Part shown: positions 31,901 through 44,465 of the stretch, one piece after another
Position numbering within the stretch: the first letter of the stretch is position 1
How the letters are laid out: each line of letters starts with the position of its first letter
Source of the DNA: Setoptus koraiensis
Lineage: Eukaryota > Animalia > Arthropoda
DNA: 64,000 nucleotides
Assembly (NCBI GenBank): GCA_048013815.1
Contig: CM106585.1
Coordinates: forward strand, 18,538,001 to 18,602,000
Direction: 5' to 3'
Notes under the pieces: model-generated
Databases searched by the model: none
What the model was told of the DNA's origin: nothing
The model's input: only the letters and a program-made list of their open reading frames with translations
Made by a program: the position numbers and the translations under genes

Positions 31901-34900
31901 TTGGCCCGGTCTAGCTCTCTATTTGGCCGGGTCGAGCTCTCTATTTGGCCAGGCGGCTCTCGGTTTGGCCAGGCGGCTCTCGGTGGCGGGCATCGCGAGA
32001 CTGGCCGCTACAGTGTAGCGGCTACACAAGGCAGTGGCCGTTGGCGAGATAACCAGAGCTCGGCGGACACAAACAATAATGCAGTAATAATGCGATAATA
32101 ATGCATGTAATAATAATAATAATGATAATAATAACAGCTAAATTGCTGATCTCAATCACCGATGGCGATCGCCGGCCGACAATGGCAAATCGTTGAGCCA
32201 TCATCGTTAATTAACATGTCTAATGTCATTAATGCTGTTATCTGATACCAGCTGCCATTATGCATTATTTATTATTTATTATGCATGCATGCCACCGGTT
32301 GATTAGCGCACGATGTGGCGCAATGTGTCGTAGGCCTACGCCGCCCGTTATGCAACGTATGTTACGTAATGTGTAGCCAGTTGTGCAACTTGTTATGTAA
32401 TGTGCAGCCAGTTGCGTAATGTGCAGCCAGTCGCCGGGCACAGGCAGTGGCGGCCAAGTGGCGGCGACAACGCCGATCAATTACGTATCGTCACATAATG
32501 CATAATAACTGTTAACTGTTGCCGTCCGACGCAACAGCAACGGCCACAGCATCGGCGAGCTGGCCACTGGCCACTGAACCAACGGACCAACGGACTGGCA
32601 GCGCAAGCGACCAACAGCTGATATCTGGACAGATATCTAAACAGATATTCGGACAGTTATGCAGATGGATATGCAGATATCGAGAAGAGGCGCCCCAAGC
32701 GACAGACGGGCGGGCGCGCTTTTGGCAGGCCGAGCGGCAGGCCAACAACACAACTTCACTGGCAACTTCTGACAATTGCCAGTGTTGCCGGAGATAAGCC
32801 AGATTAATGAGATGTTTATATCGGCGCGCTGATTATTAGTATCATTATTGTAATGTTGTTACATTAATTTGATTGTTGTATTGATACATGTCTACAGACA
32901 TGCCATTATGATGCCATTATGATACCAAGCAACCGCCGGCCCGCTCTAACTCGCCGGCCCGACAGCGCGTTATCTGGCCACACAGCAGCAGGCCCCCGTT
33001 TGCCGTTTGCTGTCAGCCGTTTGCTGTCAGCCGTTGGCCCACATAACGGGCAATGTCAGCTACTACACCAACAGCAAACAGTAAACTGCAGGCAGCAGTA
33101 GCAGCAGTTCAAGTGGTGTCAGCTGACTCAGGTGCGTTTACAAGTTTTACACTACATTACATAATGTGAGTTACATTACATTGGCGATTATTGCATGGCG
33201 TGAGTGAGTGAGCGCGCCACCCACACAATGCACAGTGCAAACAATTATAATGAGAGAGTCACTTGACACCGAAAGTGTGCACTTTAGACTAGAAAAGTTT
33301 ACATTCGGCCATCATTATTATCAGTCCAGCATCCATTAGGCGGGCGAGCGAGCTGGTTGCACTTGTCGAAGATCAGATATTGAGATATCGAGATATTGAA
33401 AGCGACACAGTTGAACTGTCTCAGTTGTTAATATTGATTAATGTTAACTGTTGTTATTTTGGCATGCGCACTCACTGGCCATTGCATGACTGTCGCCGTC
33501 GAGCGAGCCGTCGAGTGACACCCGTTGAAACTTGCTGCCAATGGCCGGCCGTGTCGCAGGCTGCGCTGGCCGAAGCCGACATCTCAACGAGACATCAACT
33601 CTTCCAGTTCTAGTGACCGTTCCAGCGACTACTCTAGCAGAGCAGCATAAAGCAGAGCATAGAGTGTAGCTCAAGTGTAAGTGTAGCAACTGTGGCGAGC
33701 CAAGGTGATTTATGGGTTCGAGCCGCCTGTGCCGTTGGCGCAATCCACTGGACGGAGCGGACAAGTGTGAGCACGGTCACTTCACTTTTGTTGCGACCAC
33801 TTGACCTCCAATCGTTGCGGCACAGTGCAACGTGACTGTGCCGCCGGGTTCATCGGCGCCGCCGCCATTCACGAGTCGTTGACGAGTCGCCGGCGAGTCG
33901 CTAACTGACGCTCGCCAGCGAGACTGACCGGCCGACTGGCCGACAACTGGCCAGCAACGCTCACTAACTCACTAACAAATGTTGTAAATGTGTGCCTAAA
34001 TGTCACCTGGCATCTTTTTATCAATTAACGGTTCACTCGCGAGCGGCGCTTTTACGCTGTACAGCGCGATACGATGATGCATTATGTCAAAGCGCAGTTA
34101 TGTAATGTCACTTGCACACAATCAGTCAGCTGGACAGTTGGCCGTTTCGGCCAGCGGTCGTGCAAGCATGAGCTTGTACAATGTGCACAAGTGCCACTCG
34201 ACTGGAAGGCGCAACATACACCTGTTACGAGGTTATTCAACCGCATGCACGGCCACCGATGCGCCCGATGTCACCTGTATACACCTCTACATACCTGTAA
34301 TACGGCCTGTAATACGGCCTGTGTGATAATACAGGTGATACAGGCTGTGTTGGCTGTGGTTGCGCAATGGCGGCGTGCGCAAGTTGAACGGTTATGTCAA
34401 ACACTTGTTGAGATTCTCAACAGTTGAGAGTCACAACAGAGCCGCTGTGTCATGTGTGTCGTGTCGTTGCCAAGTCGCCCACTTCACCAGGGCACTCGAG
34501 TGACTGCAGCGCCCCTAGCTGGCGTGCGGCTCGCTCGAGTTACTCTCGTCATTATCATCGTGTCAGTGGGGCAAACAGCGAACCGTCGATGGGCCGATTG
34601 GCCGGCGCCGCGCCGGGCACAGCGAGCATCCCCCGGGCTTAAATGGATTAACCGATTATGACGCGAATTGAATTTGCGCTGGCGCTGGCTTGCGACTCGC
34701 AAATTGTGCGCGTCACAATGGGAGCGAGCGGCAAAAGTTGCGTCGGTGAGCCGGGCAACCGCTGGCCAGCGCTCGACAGCTAGCGATTGACAGCGAAGCC
34801 AGCGCTCGACAGTGCTCAACAGCGAAGCCAAAAGTTTCGCCAAAACAAACGAGCGAAAGTGAACAGAAACGGGCCAAAACAGAGAACGGGGATGCGCGAT

Positions 34901-37900
34901 TTTGGCAGCGTCACGCTGAGTGTCAGCGGCCGAGACGGGCCGCTAATCTCAAACATTGTTGGTAGATGTAAAATGTGTGCGATTTATGTTTGCGATAATG
35001 CGCGAATAAACACAGCGCGCCAGCGACAAGAGCACTTTTTAACGCTTTTCAGCTAGTTGTTTGTGCGTTGCGACTCGCACTAAAAGGCACAACCAACTAG
35101 CCAGCAACGGCACACAAAGGCTGCACTGTGCGCGCAACGGGCCACATTATCATCGTCGGGCCTGTCGGTGGTTCAATTCAGCGATATTCAATTACAATTT
35201 GAATATCGCAACTCGAAGGCTGTTGGCTCGCAAGAGCGACAGAACGCACATAAAAGCGAAACTTTCGCAGCGAAAGCTGCGAAATCCAAATTAGCGCCTT
35301 GTCGCGTCGCCGTTTCCTGCGCCCGTCGTCTGCGTGTCCGGTCCGTTTCCGCCCGGCGTCGCGCCTTGACGGCGCTCTGGTCTGGCCGTCGCTGTCGCTG
35401 TTGTTGCCGAGGCGAGCGACGGCGCCGACGAGCGCAACGGCAACAGCAACAACGCAGCGGCAACAACGACAACAACAACGACAACAAAAACGCAACGGCA
35501 ACAACAGCGACGACGACGGGCAAACTCGCCGACTCTCGGCGCAGCAACACTCCGGCGAGAGTCCGACGCGGCTCGAGCATCGGCCGTCTGATCAATTGAG
35601 GCCAGATTGTTAATTAAGTTGCAGTGGCGGGGAATCGCAGACAATGGGCTAAAACGAGCGCCGAACAACAAATTGAAACTGGCTGTTGCAAACCGTTTGC
35701 AGCCGGCAGCAGCAGCCAGTTTCAGGCAGCCAGTTTCAGGCAGCAACGGTTCTCCGACGGCAACAGTTTGCATGCGTGGCGCGGCGTAGCCGCTCGCTTG
35801 TTAGCTAACCCATTGAGCTATTAAAACAATCACTTTATCAAAATAAAGCGACTTATTTGTGATGTGCAGCGTCTAAAACAACGTTGCAAGCCAAACACTC
35901 TGCGATACGCCCAACACTTTGCAACAGTGTGGCTGTGATGCCATTGTTTTGCATTATCAATGCATGCCTGTGCCGGTTGTGCTGTGTGGGACGGCGGCGC
36001 CGTTGCTTGCGGTCACGCATTGATGGGCCACTTGTGTGTGCTGCCGATGCAAACGCACACAAACGCGCATGAGAGGAGTCATTATCGGCGATAACTGCTG
36101 CGTTTGATAAAAATTCGTTCGCAAACGCAGCAGAGTCCCATTATCGGATAAACTCTGTGCGTCTGTGCTTTAAAACAGCGTTTTGCGTCTGCTTGTCGCA
36201 TAACGCTCAAATGTACGGGCTTGTTGGCCCGTACATTTGAGCTTGAACGCGCCGTTGCCGCCGAAACAAACGCCAAACGAGCGATCTGCATACCAATGAG
36301 GCTAAACGGCGCTGCTCATTTAAACGCACAACGCACGCACAATGCCAACGATAAGTGCGCCGCCACGATTCACTAGCAACTGTAATTAACCTGATTGGAG
36401 AGGGCCCTCGCTAGCCGCCTGATGCCTCGTGTGGCTAGGCGAGCATCGTGCCCGCGACGGGCCAACGATTCGTTGCGCCAACTCAACAACGAGCCGACGC
36501 TTGACAGGCCTCGAAGGCTCGCAAGCGGGCGCCGCCAGACCGTCGGGCCTGACGCGCTTCAGCTGACATTTGTGATGATATTTCGAACGGGAATTGCCTC
36601 GATGAAAACTTTGGTGAACATTGTGAATGTTGTACAACATTCGTTGTCATGTTGATACGGCTCGGACGACGAGCGTTATCCGACCGGCGCCTGCGATTGG
36701 GCAATGTCAGCGTAGCCCGGGTTACGCCACGAGCCAATTAGCTGGGCTATAGCGTGGCGTGTGTGTTTGCATTGTTGCCGCTTCACACTTGTTGACTCGC
36801 TCATTGTTAATTGATTGATTTATGCATTTTCGTCTCTAATTGTTTGTATTTCGCGAGCGTGTGTGCGCACAGTGTGTTGGTGCGTTAATTATTATTGATA
36901 TTGACGCAAATCAGGCACATGCGTGCAATTCAATTCGCAGCCAGCAAAAACAAGCATCGCCTGTTGCAACAGCGTTCCCAAACGGCAACACCTAACCTGC
37001 CAAGCCACTCACCTTGGCAAGCTCACATTGTCGGCTGTGCGCGTATGGCGCTAACGTGCGACTCGACGCGCTGTCTTGTGAGTGGATTGTCTGGCGAGCG
37101 GGCTGCAGGATGGCGATGGATACAACGGAGCGACGAGGGCCAAATCAACAATCGCCAGCGCGAGAGAGATCATGCTTTTGAATATTTAAACAATGAGCAG
37201 TGCAAACAAATCGGAATCGAAGAGGCTGCGCACAAGCGCCAGTCGCCAGTCGCTCTGTCGTGCCATGGCCGTGGCCGTCGCCGTGACAACACCACACTAC
37301 AGGTGTCGGTCACCCTCGCTGGCCTCACTGGCAGTGAATCACTGCTGTTGCACACTATTGCTAATGGCAATATTGCATATGTACGCACCACTGGCATGTC
37401 CGACGAGAGAGCGCGCGCGCAACTCACGGCGACTAATTAATTTTCACACACTGACCAAATATCGTCAAATATTGTGTGCGTTCGAGTGGCCGCTGACGAG
37501 ATTGTCATGTTGGCAACTTGTTGCCACAACCAGCGACCAGCCAGTTGACGCCGGCGTGTCAATTGGCGACCACAGCTCGAGCCGTTGGCCGCTCAACGAG
37601 TCGGGGCGCAAGTGACAAGTGGCCGTTTGACGGTCAATCGCGACGTATCGACAGCGGTGACGACATTGTCGATCGAATGTGCTGTCCAGTGACACACGTT
37701 GCTTGTGTCGGAGCGGGCACATGATCGGCTTGGCGATATATTGGCAATATTCACAAGGTGACCTAGGGAGTGTGAACTGTTGAGTGTAACAGCGATACTG
37801 TGTTTGGCGACTGGCGAGTCGAGCAGCCGATTTGAAGCGCTTGTTGTCGGTTCGTTCACACTCACAACTTGTTGTCAGCCGATATCGTGCGCGTCAGCTG

Positions 37901-38160
37901 CGTGTCGAGTCGACCGGCTCAATGGTGGCCGGTGTCAGTTGACCCTGACAGCCGGCCACAATTGGACGCCGCATGGGCACGCAGGACAGGTGAGTGTGAG
38001 TGTGCGATGAATAATATTTAGATATGGTGGCGATATTTGCATATGCGTGTCGCCTCTTTATCGCGCTTGCCATCTCGTCTCGGCTACGGCGATCGCATTG
38101 GCGTGCCGTTGGCCGTCCGTTGATATTGTTGTCGCTGTCGTTGCTGTTGTCGCTGTTGGC

Positions 38161-38331
38161 GGCACAACAACAACATTATCGGCACAACAGCAACAATATC
38201 GGCACAACAACAACAATATCGGCGCAACAACAACAATATCGACGCAACAACAACAATATCGGCACAACAGCAACAATATCGGCGCAACAACAACAATATC
38301 GGCACAACAACAGCAACAATATCGCCACAAC
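38161..38331. repeat. 20-bp minisatellite GGCACAACA(A/G)CAACAATATC, ~8.5 copies
   Basis: Units start at 38161, 38181, 38201, 38221, 38241, 38261, 38281 and 38301. Confidence 0.92.
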
Positions 38332-41300
38332 CAGCGTTGTGTCAGCGCAAAAGCACCTGTTAACTGGCTGTCTGGTGTGACCGGCAACGGGCTCGCAACA
38401 GGTGAATGTAGCACAGTATGGCGTGGCAGTGTGAGCACACAGAGATGGCAGGCCGAGATTGGCGGGGGTTAGTTAGTGACAGTCACTTGACCTGCCATAA
38501 TCAAATGGATCTAATGGAAATTAATAGCCGCCAACGCGATTGTTTCGCGCTGGCACTTGTTGCCGTCTTTGGACGCCAGACGTCACTCTAATTACGTCCG
38601 TCGCGTATGCCCGGCATGCTCTGCTCCCATGGACGTTATCGCGTTGTTCGAGCCAGCCAGCCAGCCAGGCTCATCGTCCACCCATAGCGAGCCGTTCATT
38701 AGTGTTGCCAGTTGCCGCTTTGGCGCTCGCTCGAAATTTGCATTAATCCCACACACACTCACCTGTGTGTTTTGCGCACTCACCTGTGCCACACAGGCCA
38801 GTGTGCAAACACTTTCACTGGCCTGCCAGCGACAACCGGTTTGCTTGGCCGAGGCTAGCCGCCAGCCAGCCGCTCGCTGCTTCAGTTTGGTGTTATTTTG
38901 GTCGGCCGATTGGGCGCACCGAAACGGGATAGCGCCTCGCCGATTGGCCCTCTAGCGGCGGAGCGGCTTTATATAGCGCTTTGCCAGGCACACACACACA
39001 GGCCACTGGCCACTTGGCAAACAATGCGCCAAGACACGACAACATGCTTCCGGTGTGGCTCGCAAGCTCAACAGGCGCAACTCGGCCTGTATCGCATGGC
39101 TGTGTGGCGTAATAGTCACGGGCGCAATGAAATTGGCCAATTGATCTGATTTATGCCGTCGCCGGGCACATCCAGCCGTGATCAGGGCAGGCAAGCGGCC
39201 GGGCACTTCAAGCCGCGATTCGGCCAAGTCGGCGACCTGCCGGCACTGTGCAATCCACTGCGGATGCTCGCCATACTCATAGGCGCCACAGCGGCGCCAA
39301 AGGCCGGCTCGGTGCGCGGCCGGCGCAAGCCCAACCGGAACGAAACCGGAACCGGGCCGACAGGCAGTCGTCGACGGCGCAGCTCGCCCACCACAGGCCG
39401 CCGTTGCACCTATTGAGCGGTCGTGGCGCTGCCGGCCGAGCGAGCGACTGCCCCTCGGGCCACACGGCCGGCCACTTTTGCGGACAAACCGGCCAAGCGG
39501 CGCACTCTTCGCTTCTCGAACGGCCGCAGTGGCCCGACAAGCCCGAGCGGCCAGAGCAAGTGCGCCGGGCTGGCCGGTGATAGTGACGCATATCAGCTGA
39601 GCAGCCAGATCCTGCGGCCAATCAATTTACAAGTTAGTTTAATCGTCGCTAGTGTGTGTGCCATCACGCAATGACTCGCCTATGAATTGGCTGTAGTTTG
39701 TTGTTTTTGATTTTGGCCACTTGGCGTTGGTGCACAGTTTGCAGTTTGGCCAATCGGCTAGCCGGCAGCCCGGACGCGCCGACTGGAATGGCATGCCGAT
39801 ATGGTAAATGGCGCGAAATCGCCCCGGTTTGGGCGACACTGGCCGACAATGCGGCCAGGAGTGTCCCTATTCGACCGAAACCGGAAACACTTTGGCTCGC
39901 TCGCTCGCACGGGGGCGCCTCTTCGCCCCTTCAAGCGCCAGCGACCCTTGTGCCCGTTCGCAGCATTTAAACTTGTCAGTCCCGACACAAAGTCCGAAGC
40001 GCCCTCCTAGCTGAATTTGGCTTTGATCGGCCCTTGCCGCGACCAGAGGCATCTCGACGACGAGTGCCGCTCGTCGGCGCCGACGAGCGGAGCATCTCGC
40101 CCGAGGCGGAGCGCCGACACTGGTCCGGTCCGACCGGACGCTACCGCTCAGGCGATGCCAGCAGCTCGACAAATGCCAGTGCAATTGTTGTTGGCTCGTT
40201 TCTGCGTGCGTCTCACAAACTACAAAAGTAGTCTGAGTGTGCCCAATGATAATAGCGAGCGAAAATAATCAATTTAATTTAAATTAAATGCTGCGAATCA
40301 TTCGCCGGCCCAATTGATGACCAATCCTCGCGCGAGAACTGCGAATTGCGTGTGTGCTAGCGCCGGTAGGCTACCGGCGGTAGCTCAGCGGCGACACTCA
40401 TCATCGGGATGACATCGCTGGGATGACATCGTTGAGATCGCATCATTGGCCAGCGAACCGTTGCGAGGCCAATCGAGAGTCAAGCAGGCTTGATTGCGAA
40501 CCGACTTGATGCAATTAGCGCGTCGGCTAATTGCAAATGTCAATCGTCTCCGTTGTTGGCCAATTGCGTTGGTCCAATTGCGCGTTATTGCCGCCCTGTG
40601 GCCCCGCATGCAGGCGAATCAGGCCGCATCGGTCGAAACGAGAATACAAGTGGTCGAGTATTGGCCAACTTTGCGATAATGGGCCAACTTTGCGAGAACG
40701 CGAGGACAGTGTCAATTGCCAGTGTCAATTATAAATAGATCATTGGCTGGCCATTCGCATCTTGTCCGGCCTGGCGATACGCATAGCTGCGTATGTGCGG
40801 GTATTGTGTCCACATTAATAATATGGATATTGTACGGATAAAACCGTTGCTGGTCTACGAATATCGCCTATCCCCATTGAGTTGGTTGGTTCCAGGCCAC
40901 CTCAATCTGGCCTAAAAACTGCAGCGTCAGTGGACGAATCGCTAATTGCAGTTGTTTGCCGTGCCTTGGTATCTGGTGCTCGTTATCGGACCAACCAAAC
41001 AACTAACATTATCACATTATTACATTATTGCTTTATTTTGCCACATGAGCGGCCGAGCGGGCCAATTAGAGCTGATACATATATACATAATAGGGTCTAA
41101 ATGAGCTTAATTGCTCAATGCAACGAGTGTCGCTGAGCGTTGTGACCCACAACTTATGGGCCATAAGTCATTGGCGAGCTGGCCAACTTGTGCCAAATTG
41201 CTTTAACTGGTCAAGTTTACGCAATATGCGACGGCTTGTTGTCGTGATTGGTCGATGGTCATCTGGCCACGGCATCGCGTGCCGCGCATTTAATCGAGCG

Positions 41301-43381
41301 CGATTCTCGATAGAGCCATAGAGTCTACGGCTCGCAAATGGCCAAGCAAACAATCCTACCATTTGTCCAGACTGCACACCAGCGATCGAAGTGCAGTTTT
41401 GGGCCGGCAACCGACACACAATGTCGCTTCCTGGGCCGCGCACTGGACACGCCGGCCGCGACTGCTCTGGCTCTCACTGGCCAACAACTCGCCCTCGAGA
41501 TCTCACTCTCGAGATCTCGCTCTCGAGATCCAGAGATCGCACTGAACAGCGGTCAGTGTATCAAGCGCAATAATCGTGCCAGTAGCGGGCGAGTCTGTTT
41601 CTGGGCTCACCTGAGCACGAAACAGCCAAAGCCAAAGCGAGCGAATCAACAGGTTGATTAGCATCGGCGTTACATAACGGTAATGAGTATGAGCGACACG
41701 ACAGCGAGACACGCAGAGATAACACACACAGCACAAAATGCAGCTGACACTGGCAGCCTAATAGCAATGGCGTGTGATTTATGGCTCGCTGGATTGGCGG
41801 TTGAACGGGCGCTAATCAACATGACACGAACATGCTCAGGTGATTAGCTAACACCATCGGCTGTGAGCAAGTGAGTAACATTGTAATAACTCGGCAAGTT
41901 GGCATAATTAACGGTACAACAACAACAACAGCAATATTAATATTGTTGTTTAACCCAACGATACTAGGGCCGACGAATATGAATCAATCAGTTGCCAACC
42001 TCGCATTCGGCCAGCACGTGCCTTGGCCGTGAGGGCCGGGCCGGCAGGCCGCTGCAGCCATCGTTCGCTGTCGGCTGTCGATTGTAATCTCTCCCTCTAC
42101 ATACCCCCTCTACAGGCGTAATCCCGCGCGCTCTAATCTGGCCAGATCTAATTTGTGTGTGATCAATTCTCAATTAATTAGCCCGGCCCTGCCAAGTCCG
42201 ACAGGAAGTGGCGCGTCTGGCTCTCGAGAGCGCGCCGATCGGACAATTCATTGAAAAATTCATGTTGTTGTTGTTGTTGTTGTTGTCGTTGTTGCTGGTG
42301 TTGTTGTTGCTGTTGTCGTTGCTGTTGCTTTTGTTGTTGCTGCGGTTGCCGGTGTTGTTGTCGCTCCATCCGCCGACAGCAGCGGCGCTGCGACCGTCTG
42401 ACAAGATCGGGCAGCCGATGGAATCATGAATGAGATTATTTGCACACCTATGCGCGCATGCGTGCATGCGCCACCGACAAGTGTCCGACAGGTTGCTGGC
42501 CAGCGCTTTTGACAACAGGTGCACCTGCTGCTGCCAGTCACCTGTTGCGCATTGGCCATTGTGGCCAACAGCTGACCGAGAATCGCTCAACTGACAGTGC
42601 GCTGACAGATGCAACTGTAGCTGCGGGCGCACACTTTCTCGTCCACTCGTCGCCTGACCATTGGCGGACCGTCGCCTGACCATTGGCGGACCGTCGCTTG
42701 ACCATTCGCAAGGGATGGCAAGTTTGCGCCGGCAGCATTGAGCGCTTGGCGGCCACTTGTGGCCGAAGCTGCCCGCTGGAAACAAATGGAAAACAATGCG
42801 AGCATGCGAGAATTGATTAGACGGCGGGCGAGCCACGATAACGCAGCAATGCGCAGAAAAGTCACGATGTACGCAGAGCGGCAAAGTGGTGCCCCAACAG
42901 GATATTCCCGAATCGCGTGACAATGCGGCAATGTGCGCGGGCGAGCGACGCCAGCAAGAATCGCTTGCGCGCGAGCCTGTTGCTGTGAAACTCACAGCAA
43001 CTCTCCGACGGAACGACATGTTCGTGTAGGCACACACAAAGTTGCCCTACAAAAGAATTCTCAGCAGAGAATTCTCTGCCGCGCACACTCTCAGAAACTG
43101 CAAAGCTCCACATTCCAGCACTAATACCAATATAATAACAACACACAAGCGCACTGTAATTTCGAGAAGCGACCACTGGCCGGCCCGAAACGGCGACAGG
43201 AAACAGCTGAGAGACAATCCTGTTTGAGAGCAGGAAATGGCTGTGCGTAACTTGCGTAATGCGCGCGCTCGAAAGTTTCCATTCACTTTCGAATGCATGT
43301 TACGTGGAGCGAGTTGCGCAATGCCCGGCGATGCGCATTGTCTCCGGGCGAGAATTGTGTTGTGAGCTTTATGGGTGGCCG

Positions 43382-43445
43382 GACAATTGCGACAATTACG
43401 ACAATTGCGACAATTATGACAATTGCGACAATTATGACAATTGCG
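43382..43445. repeat. 9-bp tandem GACAATT(GC/AC/AT) x7 with alternating 18-bp higher-order structure
   Basis: Directly visible. Confidence 0.9.
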
Positions 43446-44378
43446 GGCATCAGTGGCGCATCAGCGGCTCAAAAGTCAGTTCGCGACCACCAAGCGAGTG
43501 GTCATTCTACTCACACGAGCATTTTGGCTCGTGCTCCGCGCTATGCGCAGGTTGCGCACGGGATGGGCGAGCAACATTGGGCGTTCGCTCGGACGCGAAC
43601 ACTCGAACGCGGAATTCGAACGCGGAATTCGAACGCGGAACGCGAATTCGAACGCAAAATGCTAACGCGGAATGCGAACGCGAATTCGAAGCCCGCGAAT
43701 GGTCGCCGCGAGAGAGCCCGGCAGAGCTGCTCTCGGGCTTCGCGTGAGAGCCCGGCAGAGGGCCTGCCGGCCGCGGGCGAGACTCGCGACGGAGATAAGC
43801 GCTCGCTCTGTGGGCTCGCAGGTCGCATTAGACAATGCCCAGGATCGCGGGTCTCGCTGGTGGCGCTGCCGACCAGTGGCCGGCCGAGCACCGATGCAGA
43901 TGCAAACAACAACCAAATTGCACTGCATTCAACTGCCATGTCGCCTGTGTCCTGTGGTGAAATGGAAAGTGCCACTGATAATGAATTGGCGGCCATTGTT
44001 TGGCATTGTGCTTGTTACGCAACTCACTTGTTACGCAACTCACTTGTTGCGTAACAAGCACAGTGAATTGCGGTTGGCTGGCCACTTGCAGACAATGTGC
44101 ATGGCAGCGCAACAACACAAGTGGCCAACAAGTGGCTAACAAGTGGCCAACAAGTGGCTCGCTGTTATTAAGTGATGCCCAGCGATATGCGGTGCCAGAA
44201 AGCGTGTTTGTGCGTTCGCTGGCGAGTGACAGGCCATTATCACTTGTCCTTGAATTGATTTAATAATAGACGCCCGACCACAACGAGCGCCTTGCAACCT
44301 TGTTCACACATGCTCTGTCTGGTTTGTGGGCATTCTAGCCGCCCGCAAGGGCATTTTGGGTCCGTTCGGCCAGCGACA

Positions 44379-44465
44379 GGCGGCCGAATGAGTGGACAGA
44401 GCGTCGGGCGGCCGAATGAATGGACAGAGCGTCGGGCGGCCGAATGAATGGACAGAGCGTCGGGC
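44379..44465. repeat. 28-bp tandem repeat x3 (GGCGGCCGAATGA(G/A)TGGACAGAGCGTCG)
   Basis: Directly visible. Confidence 0.9.

Noticed and set aside
38047-38472. Repeat-protein ORFs (QQQQYRHNNNNIGATTTIS)
   Set aside because: The 20-bp unit cycles through all three frames, so these are translations of a minisatellite.
40114-40146. SGPTGRY resembling the tarsal-less/pri LDPTGxY micropeptide motif
   Set aside because: LD is missing, there is no adjacent start or stop, and no repeated peptide ORFs.
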